DNA of 64,000 nt from an uncultured Christensenella sp. Lineage in GTDB: Bacteria > Bacillota > Clostridia > Christensenellales > UBA1242. The stretch covers positions 7,407 to 71,406 of the forward strand of contig CAZMBC010000005.1 in assembly GCA_964564685.1 (NCBI GenBank), written 5' to 3'. Made by a program: the position numbers and the translations under genes. The notes beneath the pieces were generated by a model. It was not told where the DNA came from. It did not search any database and saw only the letters and a program-made list of their open reading frames with translations. Positions 19,992 to 29,010 of the stretch are shown piece after piece (position 1 is the first letter of the stretch; each line of letters starts with the position of its first letter).

Positions 19992-20235
19992 TAATGATAA
20001 TTAAGAAAAAACCTTAAAATAAAGGATTTTTGTGTGTATTTTGTAAAAAAATGTATAAAATTGTAGCAAAATAAAAAAATTTATTGACAAGCATTATTTA
20101 GAATGTTAATCTTATTCAAGTAAAATGTATTTTATGATATATAAAATATGTTGTAAATTTCTTAGCTATACTAATATGGGTCCTTTGCTGCATTGTAAGG
20201 GACTTTGTTTATTTTAAAAAATGCGAGGTGGATAG

Positions 20236-22032
20236 ATGAAATATAAACAGAAGAAAATGTTCAATAAGTTAAGTTTACTTAATTATTTAAAACCATATAA
20301 ACCTCAAATTTTTCTATATTTGCTTATGGCAATAATATCATCAGTTTGTTCGGTCTTATACACAATCATGTTAGGAAACACTATGAGCGAGTTAACTTTA
20401 CAAGACTATAAAGGTGCAATTACGTTATTGCTTGTAACAATAGGAATCCATACATTACAGCGTTTGTGTTGGTGTTGCTCAGAAATGATTTACATAAAAT
20501 ATTCAAATAAAATTATGTCTGATTTAAACTTGGATTTAGCAAAACAGGCGTTTAAACTAAATTCAAAAACATATAATGACCATAGCACAGGAGTATTTGT
20601 TCAACGAATAGTAGAAGATCCAGCAGAAATTATTAGTAGTTTAACAAATGTTGTTGATATGCTGTTTGAAATCATAACAGGCTTGGCAATGATAATTTAT
20701 ATTTTTACACTAAATCTTTGGGTATCAATTGCATTATTAGGAATATTAGTTGTAGCTATTATTCTAGAATACAATCGTGTAAAAATTCATCGCAAAGATA
20801 AATGGAGTGTTCGTTTAAAGCGTGATAAAGTGCACTCGTTAACAACCGAAATTGTGCGTAGTGAAAAGGACATAAAATCACTTGGGCTAGAAACAAAATT
20901 AAGTGAAGTTTCTAAACAAGGATATCAAGATTTTTGTAATCAACGCTATATGTCGGATAAAAGAAACTATAAATTTACATTTGTGCGCAACTTTTTAGTG
21001 GGTATTGGAACATTGTTTGTAATGGTGCTTGGAGTTGTACTTGTAGATAAGGCGCTTATGACTGTTGCTGCATTTATGATAATTTATTCCAATCGTTCAT
21101 CACTATGGAGTGTTGTGTATAGCGCGGGAAATCTGGCAAATACATTTATAACTGTTAAAGTTTGCCACAAAAGAATGTTTGCACTTTTTGATGAGGATGA
21201 ATTTATAACCGAAAAATTTGGCACAAAATCTGTTAATAATGTTGTGGGTGCAATAGAGTTTAAAAATGTGTCTTATACCTTTAAAGAATATGAAATTGTT
21301 GATAATAATAAAACAAAACCATTTGCTGAATCAGAAAGAAAACTTGTTAGCGAAAACCAAATTTTTAACAACCTAAGCTTTAAAATTCAGCCAAATACTA
21401 CTGTTGCGTTTGTGGGGAAAAGCGGAAGTGGAAAATCTACTATACTTAATCTTATGTCTAAGATGTATGATGTTGATAGTGGTGAAGTGCTGATTGATGA
21501 CATTAACATACAAGATTTTGACAAAAACTCACTACGTTCCACTATTTCTCTCGTAAATCAATTTCCGTATATTTTTGATATGAGTATTAAAGAAAACCTG
21601 CTTTTGGCGAAAGCGGATGCTACGCAGGAAGAAATTGATAATGCAATTAAAAAAGCATCATTATCCGAGTTTGTAGAAACCTTGCCAAGGGGTATAAATT
21701 CGCAGGTGGGTGAAAGTGGCATAAAACTTTCTGGTGGACAAAAACAAAGACTGGCAATTGCAAGGGCACTTTTAAGAAATTCTGCAATAATTATTTTTGA
21801 TGAAAGCACAAGTTCGCTTGATAACTTTGCGCAAGAAGAAATCAAACAAAGTATTGATGCTTTAAAAGGTAAAAGCACAATAGTAATTGTGGCGCACCGA
21901 CTTTCTACAATTAAAAATGTTGACCATATTTTCTTTTTGGATAATGGCAAAATTGAAGATGAAGGAACATTTGACCAATTATTTAGAAACAATCCTAAAT
22001 TTAAAAGTATGTTTTTAGCAGAAAACATTTAA
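20236..22032 (+). CDS. ABC exporter, fused permease/ATPase (MsbA/multidrug type)
   Basis: N-terminal six-TM domain, Walker A GKSGSGKST, signature LSGGQKQR, Walker B IIIFDESTSSLD, H-loop VAHRLST. No C39 peptidase domain. Confidence 0.9.
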   Translation: MKYKQKKMFNKLSLLNYLKPYKPQIFLYLLMAIISSVCSVLYTIMLGNTMSELTLQDYKGAITLLLVTIGIHTLQRLCWCCSEMIYIKYSNKIMSDLNLDLAKQAFKLNSKTYNDHSTGVFVQRIVEDPAEIISSLTNVVDMLFEIITGLAMIIYIFTLNLWVSIALLGILVVAIILEYNRVKIHRKDKWSVRLKRDKVHSLTTEIVRSEKDIKSLGLETKLSEVSKQGYQDFCNQRYMSDKRNYKFTFVRNFLVGIGTLFVMVLGVVLVDKALMTVAAFMIIYSNRSSLWSVVYSAGNLANTFITVKVCHKRMFALFDEDEFITEKFGTKSVNNVVGAIEFKNVSYTFKEYEIVDNNKTKPFAESERKLVSENQIFNNLSFKIQPNTTVAFVGKSGSGKSTILNLMSKMYDVDSGEVLIDDINIQDFDKNSLRSTISLVNQFPYIFDMSIKENLLLAKADATQEEIDNAIKKASLSEFVETLPRGINSQVGESGIKLSGGQKQRLAIARALLRNSAIIIFDESTSSLDNFAQEEIKQSIDALKGKSTIVIVAHRLSTIKNVDHIFFLDNGKIEDEGTFDQLFRNNPKFKSMFLAENI

Positions 22033-22110
22033 ACAAACACACAATTAAGTATTGCTACTGTAATTCATAAAAAATATTATAAAATAAAAACTAAAACTAG
22101 TTAATTTATT

Positions 22111-22141
22111 AAAAAAAGCATTATCGGCAATAATGCTTTTT
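22111..22141. terminator. Bidirectional terminator
   Basis: agcattat-cggca-ataatgct hairpin flanked by an A-run and a T-run. Confidence 0.7.
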
Positions 22142-22161
22142 GTTACTATAAGTGTAATATC

Positions 22162-22722
22162 TTAAAGGTTGTTTAAATTTTTTTGTCGTTCATCTTTGTA
22201 AAGTTTCTTTCTAAATAACGAAACAATCCGAAACCAAATTCCGCCTATTAAAACACTTATTCCATTAAATATGATATCGCTTAATTGAACGCTTCGATTG
22301 ACTGGAAGAATAAACTGTAATGTTTCAATAGTTAATCCCACAGACAGCCCTATCAAAAACGCGTAAACAAGCGGAAATTTTAAATCTTTGCGTAAAGCAA
22401 TTACAGTGCTAAATGCTCCCAAAGGGAACAGCATTAATAAATTTATTATCACATCCGTCTTGGTCAAATTACTAAAAGAAAAGTTTATGTTTTTTGCACA
22501 CCATTGGCCGTTTGATACAAATTTAATTGTAACAACATCTTTTGTAATGGCCACGGAAGAAAGCACGCATATACATAACGCGGCAAAAAACAACGCGGCA
22601 AATACGCACGCAACTATAAATAATGTTTTTTTGTTTTTTATTGCAAGTATTAAAATGGTAGGAATTAACACAAAACAAAGTATAGCAATTATTACTGCAA
22701 AAGTGGTGTTTATTGTAAACAT
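22162..22722 (-). CDS. VanZ-like membrane protein
   Basis: Multi-TM protein of 186 aa. ETLQFILPVNRSVQLSDIIFNGISVLIGG resembles the VanZ family core. Confidence 0.7.
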   Translation of the reverse strand: MFTINTTFAVIIAILCFVLIPTILILAIKNKKTLFIVACVFAALFFAALCICVLSSVAITKDVVTIKFVSNGQWCAKNINFSFSNLTKTDVIINLLMLFPLGAFSTVIALRKDLKFPLVYAFLIGLSVGLTIETLQFILPVNRSVQLSDIIFNGISVLIGGIWFRIVSLFRKKLYKDERQKNLNNL

Positions 22723-22812
22723 TTATATCCTCAATAGTTTGTTAGCTTTTGTAAAAGTGATTATATTTTACCTTAATAACCTGTATTTTTCAAATCATTT
22801 ATAATTATTTAA

Positions 22813-22854
22813 CAAAAAAACACTTATATAAAACAAAATAGTTTAATATAAGTG
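22813..22854 (-). terminator. Terminator downstream of the histidine phosphatase gene
   Basis: cacttatat / atataagtg stem, followed on the minus strand by T7. Confidence 0.55.
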
Positions 22855-23025
22855 CATTTAAAAGTTGATTATAATTAAAATAAATTGTTTGACTTTATTT
22901 GTATAAATCATAAATTATTTTAATTTGTTTTATTAGTCTATGCTCCACCCGTCGTTATGTGGCTTAAATTTTTTTGACAAATAGTGATAACTTAATGTCA
23001 AATACTAGCGTATTATAAGGTTTTT

Positions 23026-23541
23026 CTATTTAACTTCGTAACACAGTTTGCTACAATTTCCTAACCGTATCCAAACAAGATTATTGTCCTTAGGCAAGCC
23101 AGTAAAATAGGCGTTAAGCACATATGCCATACTGCTGTGTCCCACAATAACAATATTTTCGTTTTTAAGTTTGTGTTCGGCAATTATCCTATCCAAAAAC
23201 TTAAAAATGCGCTCGCAAAATTCTTTACAACCCTCGGGATTTTTATTGCTAAATGTGTAGTTAAGGTAGTTTGCATTATACTTAATTATTTCGGGGTCTT
23301 CAACAGTTTGGTTTTTAGGCTGTTGTCGCTCGGTTATTTCGCTACATATCTCAATGTTTTTAAGTTTTAAATGCTTTGCTATTATTTTTGCAGTATCCAT
23401 AGTTCGTTGCATTGGTGAACAATATATCTTACTTATATTCTCGTAGCATAAGTCGTTACAAACTAGCTTAGCTTGCTGTTTTCCAAGTCGGGTTAGCTTG
23501 TCGTTTATGTTGTCGCCGTGTCGTACGAAACAGATTTTCAT
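23026..23541 (-). CDS. Histidine phosphatase (phosphoglycerate mutase-like) family protein
   Basis: N-terminal ICFVRHGD (RHG motif) and a later VGHSS. 171 aa. Confidence 0.8.
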   Translation of the reverse strand: MKICFVRHGDNINDKLTRLGKQQAKLVCNDLCYENISKIYCSPMQRTMDTAKIIAKHLKLKNIEICSEITERQQPKNQTVEDPEIIKYNANYLNYTFSNKNPEGCKEFCERIFKFLDRIIAEHKLKNENIVIVGHSSMAYVLNAYFTGLPKDNNLVWIRLGNCSKLCYEVK

Positions 23542-23644
23542 TGTTCACCTCTATTGCTTATTGCATAATATCAAAATCACTATTTTCAAATAAATAACTT
23601 TAAAATATTTAGTTTTACTTGTTATTTAGTTAGTTTCTATTGTG

Positions 23645-24388
23645 TTAACTTGTTTTTCGTTTTTTAATAATACCATATATAAAATAAAAAGCACAAATAT
23701 AAACAGCTATTAATAAAGCATACAATATTTGATATGGAAAGTTAAGATTAAGTTCTAATGGGTCGTTAACCATATACATATAGTCGCTTCCTGGAAAGAT
23801 TACAAAGTTTAGAAGAGCACCCCAACTAAACATTAATGTAAAGCAAACAAAGGGTTGCCAAATTTTTTTCCATTCAAACTTAACAATGCCCAATGTCATA
23901 AGTAAAAAACAACATATAAATCCAAGTGAATGAGAGAATGTACTGTAAATGCAAGTAAAACTCATATAAACTCTGTTTAATCCTACTGCTGGGTATAATA
24001 AAAATGCAGTGGTTGCAAGTATTCCACCAATAACGCTAAAGTTTAATAGAAATTGTTTGTTTGTAAAGATGCTAATAATAAATATCCAAACCATAACGGA
24101 ACAAATATGCATTGGTAAAATAATTTTAGCAACAGATTCAACCGTGTAATTTTCGGCTATAATTAAATTAACAAGCCTGGATAATATTTCAAAAAATAAA
24201 AATATCCAACCAAACACTTTCAAAAGTATTCTTTTTGTTTTTTCGCTTTTGTTTTTAAAGATTAATGTTAAAATCACACAAGAAAGCAAAATAAGTGCTA
24301 AAACAATAATATGTCGTGCATTGTACAGATATTCAGATTTGTTTAGTTTGGGATTGTTTTCGTCTGTCCAAAAATCTTTAAATGACAT
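23645..24388 (-). CDS. Integral membrane protein, YwaF/TIGR02206-like (tentative)
   Basis: About 7 TM with an LPMHICSV motif. Paralogous to the upstream gene. Family name is from memory only. Confidence 0.55.
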   Translation of the reverse strand: MSFKDFWTDENNPKLNKSEYLYNARHIIVLALILLSCVILTLIFKNKSEKTKRILLKVFGWIFLFFEILSRLVNLIIAENYTVESVAKIILPMHICSVMVWIFIISIFTNKQFLLNFSVIGGILATTAFLLYPAVGLNRVYMSFTCIYSTFSHSLGFICCFLLMTLGIVKFEWKKIWQPFVCFTLMFSWGALLNFVIFPGSDYMYMVNDPLELNLNFPYQILYALLIAVYICAFYFIYGIIKKRKTS

Positions 24389-25502
24389 TTTCTTTTTTAT
24401 TCCTTAATGTAAAATCTATTAAATACAATATTCCCACTGGCAAGTTAAATACCAATGTAAGTACAATTAACAAATAGTGTTTCCAATTTTTGTTCATATT
24501 ATCGTTTAAATATTTGTGATGATGTTCTGCAAATAATAACATCATAACCATGTAAGCTAATCCTAATAAACATAATAGTCCTAAAAGAGTTTTATGGCCT
24601 AATCCAATAAGAGATGCTATGCCTAATAAAATAAGAGAACCAAAAATTATTCCGCTTGCATTTGCAACAATAATAGTTGCTTTTGTTAAAATGTGTCCAG
24701 ATTTTATTGTTGGAGTGGTATGTGGGGTTTTTCTTCCTTTTATAAATCTAATCAATTCAAAAACGCCATAAATCAGTGCAGATATAGATGTTAAGATAAT
24801 CATAATCACAGGCAAGTGCCAAGGGAAAGGAAGTCCCAAATCAATTAAATCAAATTCTAAAGAAAATGCAAAGTTGTTTCCACTTATAATAGAAGCAGTC
24901 ATGGCCACAGCACCAACATAAACATAACCGACAAAAGCTTTCCAAATATTTTTTAACTGTACTTTAAACTGTCCGCTAACAATTAGATATATAGGCACAA
25001 AAATTAGCAAACTATGCACTAAAATTGTTTGAAAGTTTATAAAGTGCAAAATAGGATAACTTTCAGAAATACAATCTGGATAACAGAATGTTAAAATTCC
25101 GCCAATCATTGCACAGCCGAAAAGAATATTGTACAATAATTGTAAAAACTTATTTTCCTTTTTTAGGAATGCACTCAATATTAAAGTGATAATAGTGGTC
25201 CAACACATAATTGCACACATTTGAAAGGAAATGTTCCACCACCAATTAAAATTTTGTGCTGTGCCACCATGTGCTGTGTGCATTAAATATTTGTATACTG
25301 TTCTTGAAACTTCAAAAACAAAAAGAACAATTGCCAAAAAAATTCGTGTAATTTTCTTGCCCTTTTCTGTTTTTGCGTGTAATAGGAATGCGCTCATTAC
25401 AATAAATGTTGCTATTCCTAAAATAAGCATTAAGTGGTTAATGTTAAAAAACCAATCAACCTTGTTTGTTATAATGTTATCAAAATCAAAAAAATAATTC
25501 AT
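24378..25502 (-). CDS. Integral membrane protein, YwaF-like core plus extra C-terminal TM helices
   Basis: AGGAGG SD. The core resembles 23645-24388 (FQMCAIMCW versus MHICSVMVW). An additional ~120-aa C-terminal membrane region follows. Overlaps the next gene by 11 nt. Confidence 0.55.
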   Translation of the reverse strand: MNYFFDFDNIITNKVDWFFNINHLMLILGIATFIVMSAFLLHAKTEKGKKITRIFLAIVLFVFEVSRTVYKYLMHTAHGGTAQNFNWWWNISFQMCAIMCWTTIITLILSAFLKKENKFLQLLYNILFGCAMIGGILTFCYPDCISESYPILHFINFQTILVHSLLIFVPIYLIVSGQFKVQLKNIWKAFVGYVYVGAVAMTASIISGNNFAFSLEFDLIDLGLPFPWHLPVIMIILTSISALIYGVFELIRFIKGRKTPHTTPTIKSGHILTKATIIVANASGIIFGSLILLGIASLIGLGHKTLLGLLCLLGLAYMVMMLLFAEHHHKYLNDNMNKNWKHYLLIVLTLVFNLPVGILYLIDFTLRNKKENVI

Positions 25503-25622
25503 ACTTCCTCCTAAGTGTAATATTAGTATCTATTATATAAACAAATTTACATTTGTCAAATATTGGAAGAATTTATAAAAAATTAGTTTTAATTGTAGAA
25601 ATTTTTTATTATATCAAAATAA

Positions 25623-25651
25623 CAAAAAAGACTAGGTTTTAACCTAGTCTT
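25623..25651 (-). terminator. Peroxiredoxin terminator
   Basis: aagactaggtt-tt-aacctagtctt hairpin, followed on the minus strand by a T-run. Confidence 0.65.
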
Positions 25652-25764
25652 GCAATTTATTAAGATATAAACTTACTAAATAAAATATATTTTTTTAATT
25701 CAAAAAACAATTTGTTTATAACAATTTGATTATAAAACTTTAAACTAATATTTAGTTTAGTGTG

Positions 25765-26436
25765 TTATTTGTTCTTTTTAAAACATAAGAACCAATCAAG
25801 ACAATATTGGTCTTCATTTTGATTTTCCATACGTTCTTTTGCTGTTCCGCAAGAGCCGGCAGTAGGAACAATAACATCATCTCCTGGTCTCCAGTTTGCT
25901 GGTGTTGCACAATTTTGTTTGTCTGCAGTTTGAAGTGCAATTACAATTCTTTTAATTTCATCAAAGTTTCTGCCCAAACTTAATGGATAATATAAAATTG
26001 TTCTAATAACGCCTTGTGGGTCAATAACAAAAACCGCTCTTACTGCTTGTGTGTTTGATGCACCAGGCTGAATCATACCAAATTTATTTGCAACTTCCAT
26101 CCTAATGTCTTCAATAAGTGGGAAAGTTACTTCAATATTTTTCATTCCATTCCATTCAATTTCTTGAATTTTTCTTAGCCATGCAATGTGTGAATAAAGC
26201 GAGTCAACAGAAAGTCCAATAAGCTTTGTGTTAAGGGCCTCAAATTCTTTAAGCATTGATGCAAAAGTCATAAATTCTGTTGTACAAACCGGTGTAAAGT
26301 CAGCTGGGTGTGAAAATAAAATAACCCATTTACCAGAATAATCTTCCGGAAATTTAATTTTGCCCTGAGTTGTTACAGCTTCAAAAGCGGGTGCTCTTTC
26401 TCCAATAAGTGGCATTTTGCTAGTTGTTTCTTCCAT
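25765..26436 (-). CDS. Peroxiredoxin (Prx6/1-Cys-like subfamily)
   Basis: AAGGAGG SD before MEETTSK (the listed start is 12 codons too long). Peroxidatic motif FTPVCTTEF, plus ATPANWRPGDDVIVP typical of the Prx6-like group. Confidence 0.9.
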   Translation of the reverse strand: MEETTSKMPLIGERAPAFEAVTTQGKIKFPEDYSGKWVILFSHPADFTPVCTTEFMTFASMLKEFEALNTKLIGLSVDSLYSHIAWLRKIQEIEWNGMKNIEVTFPLIEDIRMEVANKFGMIQPGASNTQAVRAVFVIDPQGVIRTILYYPLSLGRNFDEIKRIVIALQTADKQNCATPANWRPGDDVIVPTAGSCGTAKERMENQNEDQYCLDWFLCFKKNK

Positions 26437-26588
26437 AAAAATCCTCCTTAGATAACAAAAATAATTTATCATATTCCAGCTTTTTTATCAACCAAATTAA
26501 AATAAGTTGACTAATTTTTAGATAACTATTGTTCAATTTTAAATTGCTTTTGTTTGGTTAAAAAAAGAGAAATATGATTTTGGCTCTA

Positions 26589-26630
26589 AAAAGAAAAAGT
26601 CATTAAACGTATACTGTATAATGACTTTTT
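26589..26630 (-). terminator. Terminator downstream of the zinc-ribbon mini-ORF
   Basis: aaagtcatta / taatgacttt stem with a T-rich tract on the minus-strand side. Confidence 0.55.
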
Positions 26631-26681
26631 GAAATTTGTTTATTTGATAAGTATAAATAGCACAAAATGCTTTATCGCACA

Positions 26682-26774
26682 CTATTTTCCTGTTTTTTCA
26701 CCGCAATTTGCACAGAATTTTGCATCTGCACTTAACTCTTTTCCACATTTTTTGCAAACTAATTTTCTACTCAT
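26682..26774 (-). CDS. 30-aa stand-alone zinc-ribbon peptide (not in ORF track)
   Basis: Minus-strand translation is MSRKLVCKKCGKELSADAKFCANCGEKTGK*, a textbook CxxC-x12-CxxC zinc ribbon, and a terminator follows. No clear SD. Confidence 0.45.
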   Translation of the reverse strand: MSRKLVCKKCGKELSADAKFCANCGEKTGK

Positions 26775-27102
26775 GTTGCTTCTTGCAAGCATATTTGTGC
26801 TATCAGTAATTTGCTTAAGTTTAATATTTAGCACGCTAAAAAGTCAGATAGCCACTATATTCTGTGATATGTTAACAATCGTTTTGCCAATATTTATTTT
26901 AACCATGATTAATGTGCAGGCAACGTCAGTATTATTGCAAATAGTATTATATTGCTTCCCAGTTGTTCCGTTTGTAAGCCTTATGAATGCTATGATGTTT
27001 AATGGTGTAGTTTTGTGGTGGCAGGTAGCAATTTTATTACTACAGGCAATAGTATATTATTTAATAGCCATGGTGATTATGAAGAAAAAAGTTAAAGAAT
27101 AA
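26773..27102 (+). CDS. Possible small membrane protein or permease remnant (109 aa)
   Basis: Three hydrophobic helices from MLLLASIFVL... with a terminator downstream. No SD. The upstream part of the listed ORF is the antisense shadow of the zinc-ribbon ORF. Confidence 0.3.
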   Translation: MLLLASIFVLSVICLSLIFSTLKSQIATIFCDMLTIVLPIFILTMINVQATSVLLQIVLYCFPVVPFVSLMNAMMFNGVVLWWQVAILLLQAIVYYLIAMVIMKKKVKE

Positions 27103-27109
27103 TCAAATA

Positions 27110-27149
27110 AAAAATAAGCCAAGAGTACAAACCTCTTGGCCTGTTTTTT
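27110..27149. terminator. Bidirectional terminator
   Basis: gccaagag-tacaaac-ctcttggc hairpin with T-rich tracts on both strands. Confidence 0.65.
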
Positions 27150-27256
27150 ATATGTTTAATTTTCCTAAAAATTATTCAAAATACTAAAGTTTAAGTTTTT
27201 ATTCTTCTTGTTAAAATGTATCACACGAAACTTTTAATTAAAGCTAGTTTACAAGC

Positions 27257-28054
27257 TTACATTATAGACACGTCATCAACATATATTCCGTCAGCCCCTA
27301 GTTTTATTGCTTTTGCAACATCATCTTCTGTTACAGCAGTAAAAATAAAAATCTTTTTGCCTGCAGCTTTAAATAGATGTATTTGTGATTTAAAATACGA
27401 ATCGCTATCTATTGAAAAGGCTATTCCATATATTCGTTCATCATCAAAATTTTTTAAAATATAATTTACAGAATAGTAAACTTTATAGTGAGAAAAAAAG
27501 TATTTATCAAAAGTCGTTGTTTCTTTTACGATATCCCACATTTCTTTGCTAAAAACTTCTGGAATTATATTTGAAGAAATGTCACAATTATATATTTTTT
27601 CTAAAGTTTCTAATCTTTGCAACACAAGCGCATCTTGTTCAGTTGTTGGCATTTTAGCATCAACTACAATTTTAACGTCTGGGTGTGCAATTATTGTTTC
27701 CATTAACCACTCTTCGTTAACAGGAGTAAGTCCATTAGATAATTTTAATGCCTTAAATTCTTCATAGGTAATCATCTCACTATTTTGGATATTTAAATAT
27801 TCCCAGCAGTGTGTTCCTATAATTCTTCCGTCAGAAGAAAGTTGTAAATCGTATTCAAAATATCTGTATCCTTGATTATAATAGCCATCAAATGTTTCTT
27901 GTGCATTAAGGTAAGTTAAGCCATTATAAGCGCCACCAGCATGTAATATAGCTACTACCTCATTTTGTTTTTCACTACAGCCAACACAAAATAAACTCAT
28001 TGACACAATCAAAAATACAAGTGATATCTTAAAAATTTTATTTATTGCTTTCAC
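27257..28054 (-). CDS. Lipoprotein, glycerophosphodiester phosphodiesterase-like
   Basis: GTG start after GAGG. Lipobox LFCVGC. HAGGAYNG and FEYDLQLSSDGRIIGTH resemble the GDPD / PI-PLC-like catalytic region. Confidence 0.65.
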   Translation of the reverse strand: MKAINKIFKISLVFLIVSMSLFCVGCSEKQNEVVAILHAGGAYNGLTYLNAQETFDGYYNQGYRYFEYDLQLSSDGRIIGTHCWEYLNIQNSEMITYEEFKALKLSNGLTPVNEEWLMETIIAHPDVKIVVDAKMPTTEQDALVLQRLETLEKIYNCDISSNIIPEVFSKEMWDIVKETTTFDKYFFSHYKVYYSVNYILKNFDDERIYGIAFSIDSDSYFKSQIHLFKAAGKKIFIFTAVTEDDVAKAIKLGADGIYVDDVSIM

Positions 28055-28320
28055 GTTTACCTCTTTACGGCTTATAATAACACAATTTTTGTTTTTAAGT
28101 CAAAAGTATTACTTACAAATATAATTGAATTTAAATTCAATAATGCATACGTTGTCAGTGGAGAAACCAATATTCAAAAAAAGTAGTTTTGTGTTTGTGA
28201 TTTTTAATTTTAGAATTGCTATAAAATTTGGTCAATAGATTTTACATACTTATTCCGCCAATTCAATAAAAGAAAAAAAGTAATTACTAATATTTAAAAA
28301 AGTAATTACTAAAGTTAACT

Positions 28321-28872
28321 TTATGCTTTTTTACATTCTTTTTTAATTAAAAACATATTTGCAGCAGGAATTATTTCAAAGCCAATTTTTTTATAAAATT
28401 TAAGAATGGAATCGTGTGTAACATCTGCATAAACAGTTTGATTTACAAGAATATCAAAAGAACCTTGGAGTAATATTATGCCAAGTCCTTGACCACGATA
28501 TTTTGCATCAACAGCAACTCCATAAAGATATGTTGATGAATTATCTTTAAGCATTATTTCATTAAATTTTTCAACACCTTCTCTAAATTCTTCATTTTCA
28601 ACGCCTAAAACAAAATCAAATGTATCAGCATCATCTTTAATTTTATCAATATCAATAAAAACGGCAACACCACAAATATTTTCTGTTGTTTTTTCGTAAA
28701 TTGCTATAATACTTCCGTTCTTAACAGCAATGTCATATATTTCATCATATAAATCATATAAATCTTGTTTTGGTGCAGAACTATAATATTCATCTTCATA
28801 TAAAGAATCAACTAAAATCTTTAGTGCTTCTTTTTTGTTTTCCATTGTTAATTTTTTAAGTTGTGTTTCCAT
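28321..28872 (-). CDS. GNAT-family N-acetyltransferase
   Basis: Acetyl-CoA motif A: VAVDAKYRGQGLGIILL. 183 aa with GGAGA SD. Confidence 0.8.
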   Translation of the reverse strand: METQLKKLTMENKKEALKILVDSLYEDEYYSSAPKQDLYDLYDEIYDIAVKNGSIIAIYEKTTENICGVAVFIDIDKIKDDADTFDFVLGVENEEFREGVEKFNEIMLKDNSSTYLYGVAVDAKYRGQGLGIILLQGSFDILVNQTVYADVTHDSILKFYKKIGFEIIPAANMFLIKKECKKA

Positions 28873-29010
28873 AATATTTCTCCTTTTTTTTTAGAATATC
28901 AAACAGACGGCAAACTTGCAACAAAACGAATTGCTTAATTAAATTAATTTGACAATTTTATATAATTTTGTTACCCTTATTAGAAGTAGTCAAACGTATT
29001 AAAGGGACCT

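Noticed and set aside
21558-22028. 156-aa antisense ORF within the ABC exporter nucleotide-binding domain
   Set aside because: It lies entirely within a strongly supported CDS and has no start context. Antisense ORFs over ABC NBDs are a common artefact. The same applies to 40450-40737, 54589-55023, 44718-45098, 15592-15954 and 33203-33556.
22955-23010. Inverted repeat TTTGACA-N16-TGTCAAA and a small GC-rich hairpin downstream of the histidine phosphatase gene, considered as a possible sRNA or operator
   Set aside because: No flanking promoter/terminator pair or partner gene is present. The arm is short, in AT-rich DNA, and resembles a chance -35-like hexamer palindrome.
26629-26772. 5' portion of listed plus-strand ORF 26629-27102
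   Set aside because: It is the antisense reading of the much more convincing zinc-ribbon mini-ORF. Only the part from ATG 26773 onward looks like membrane protein.
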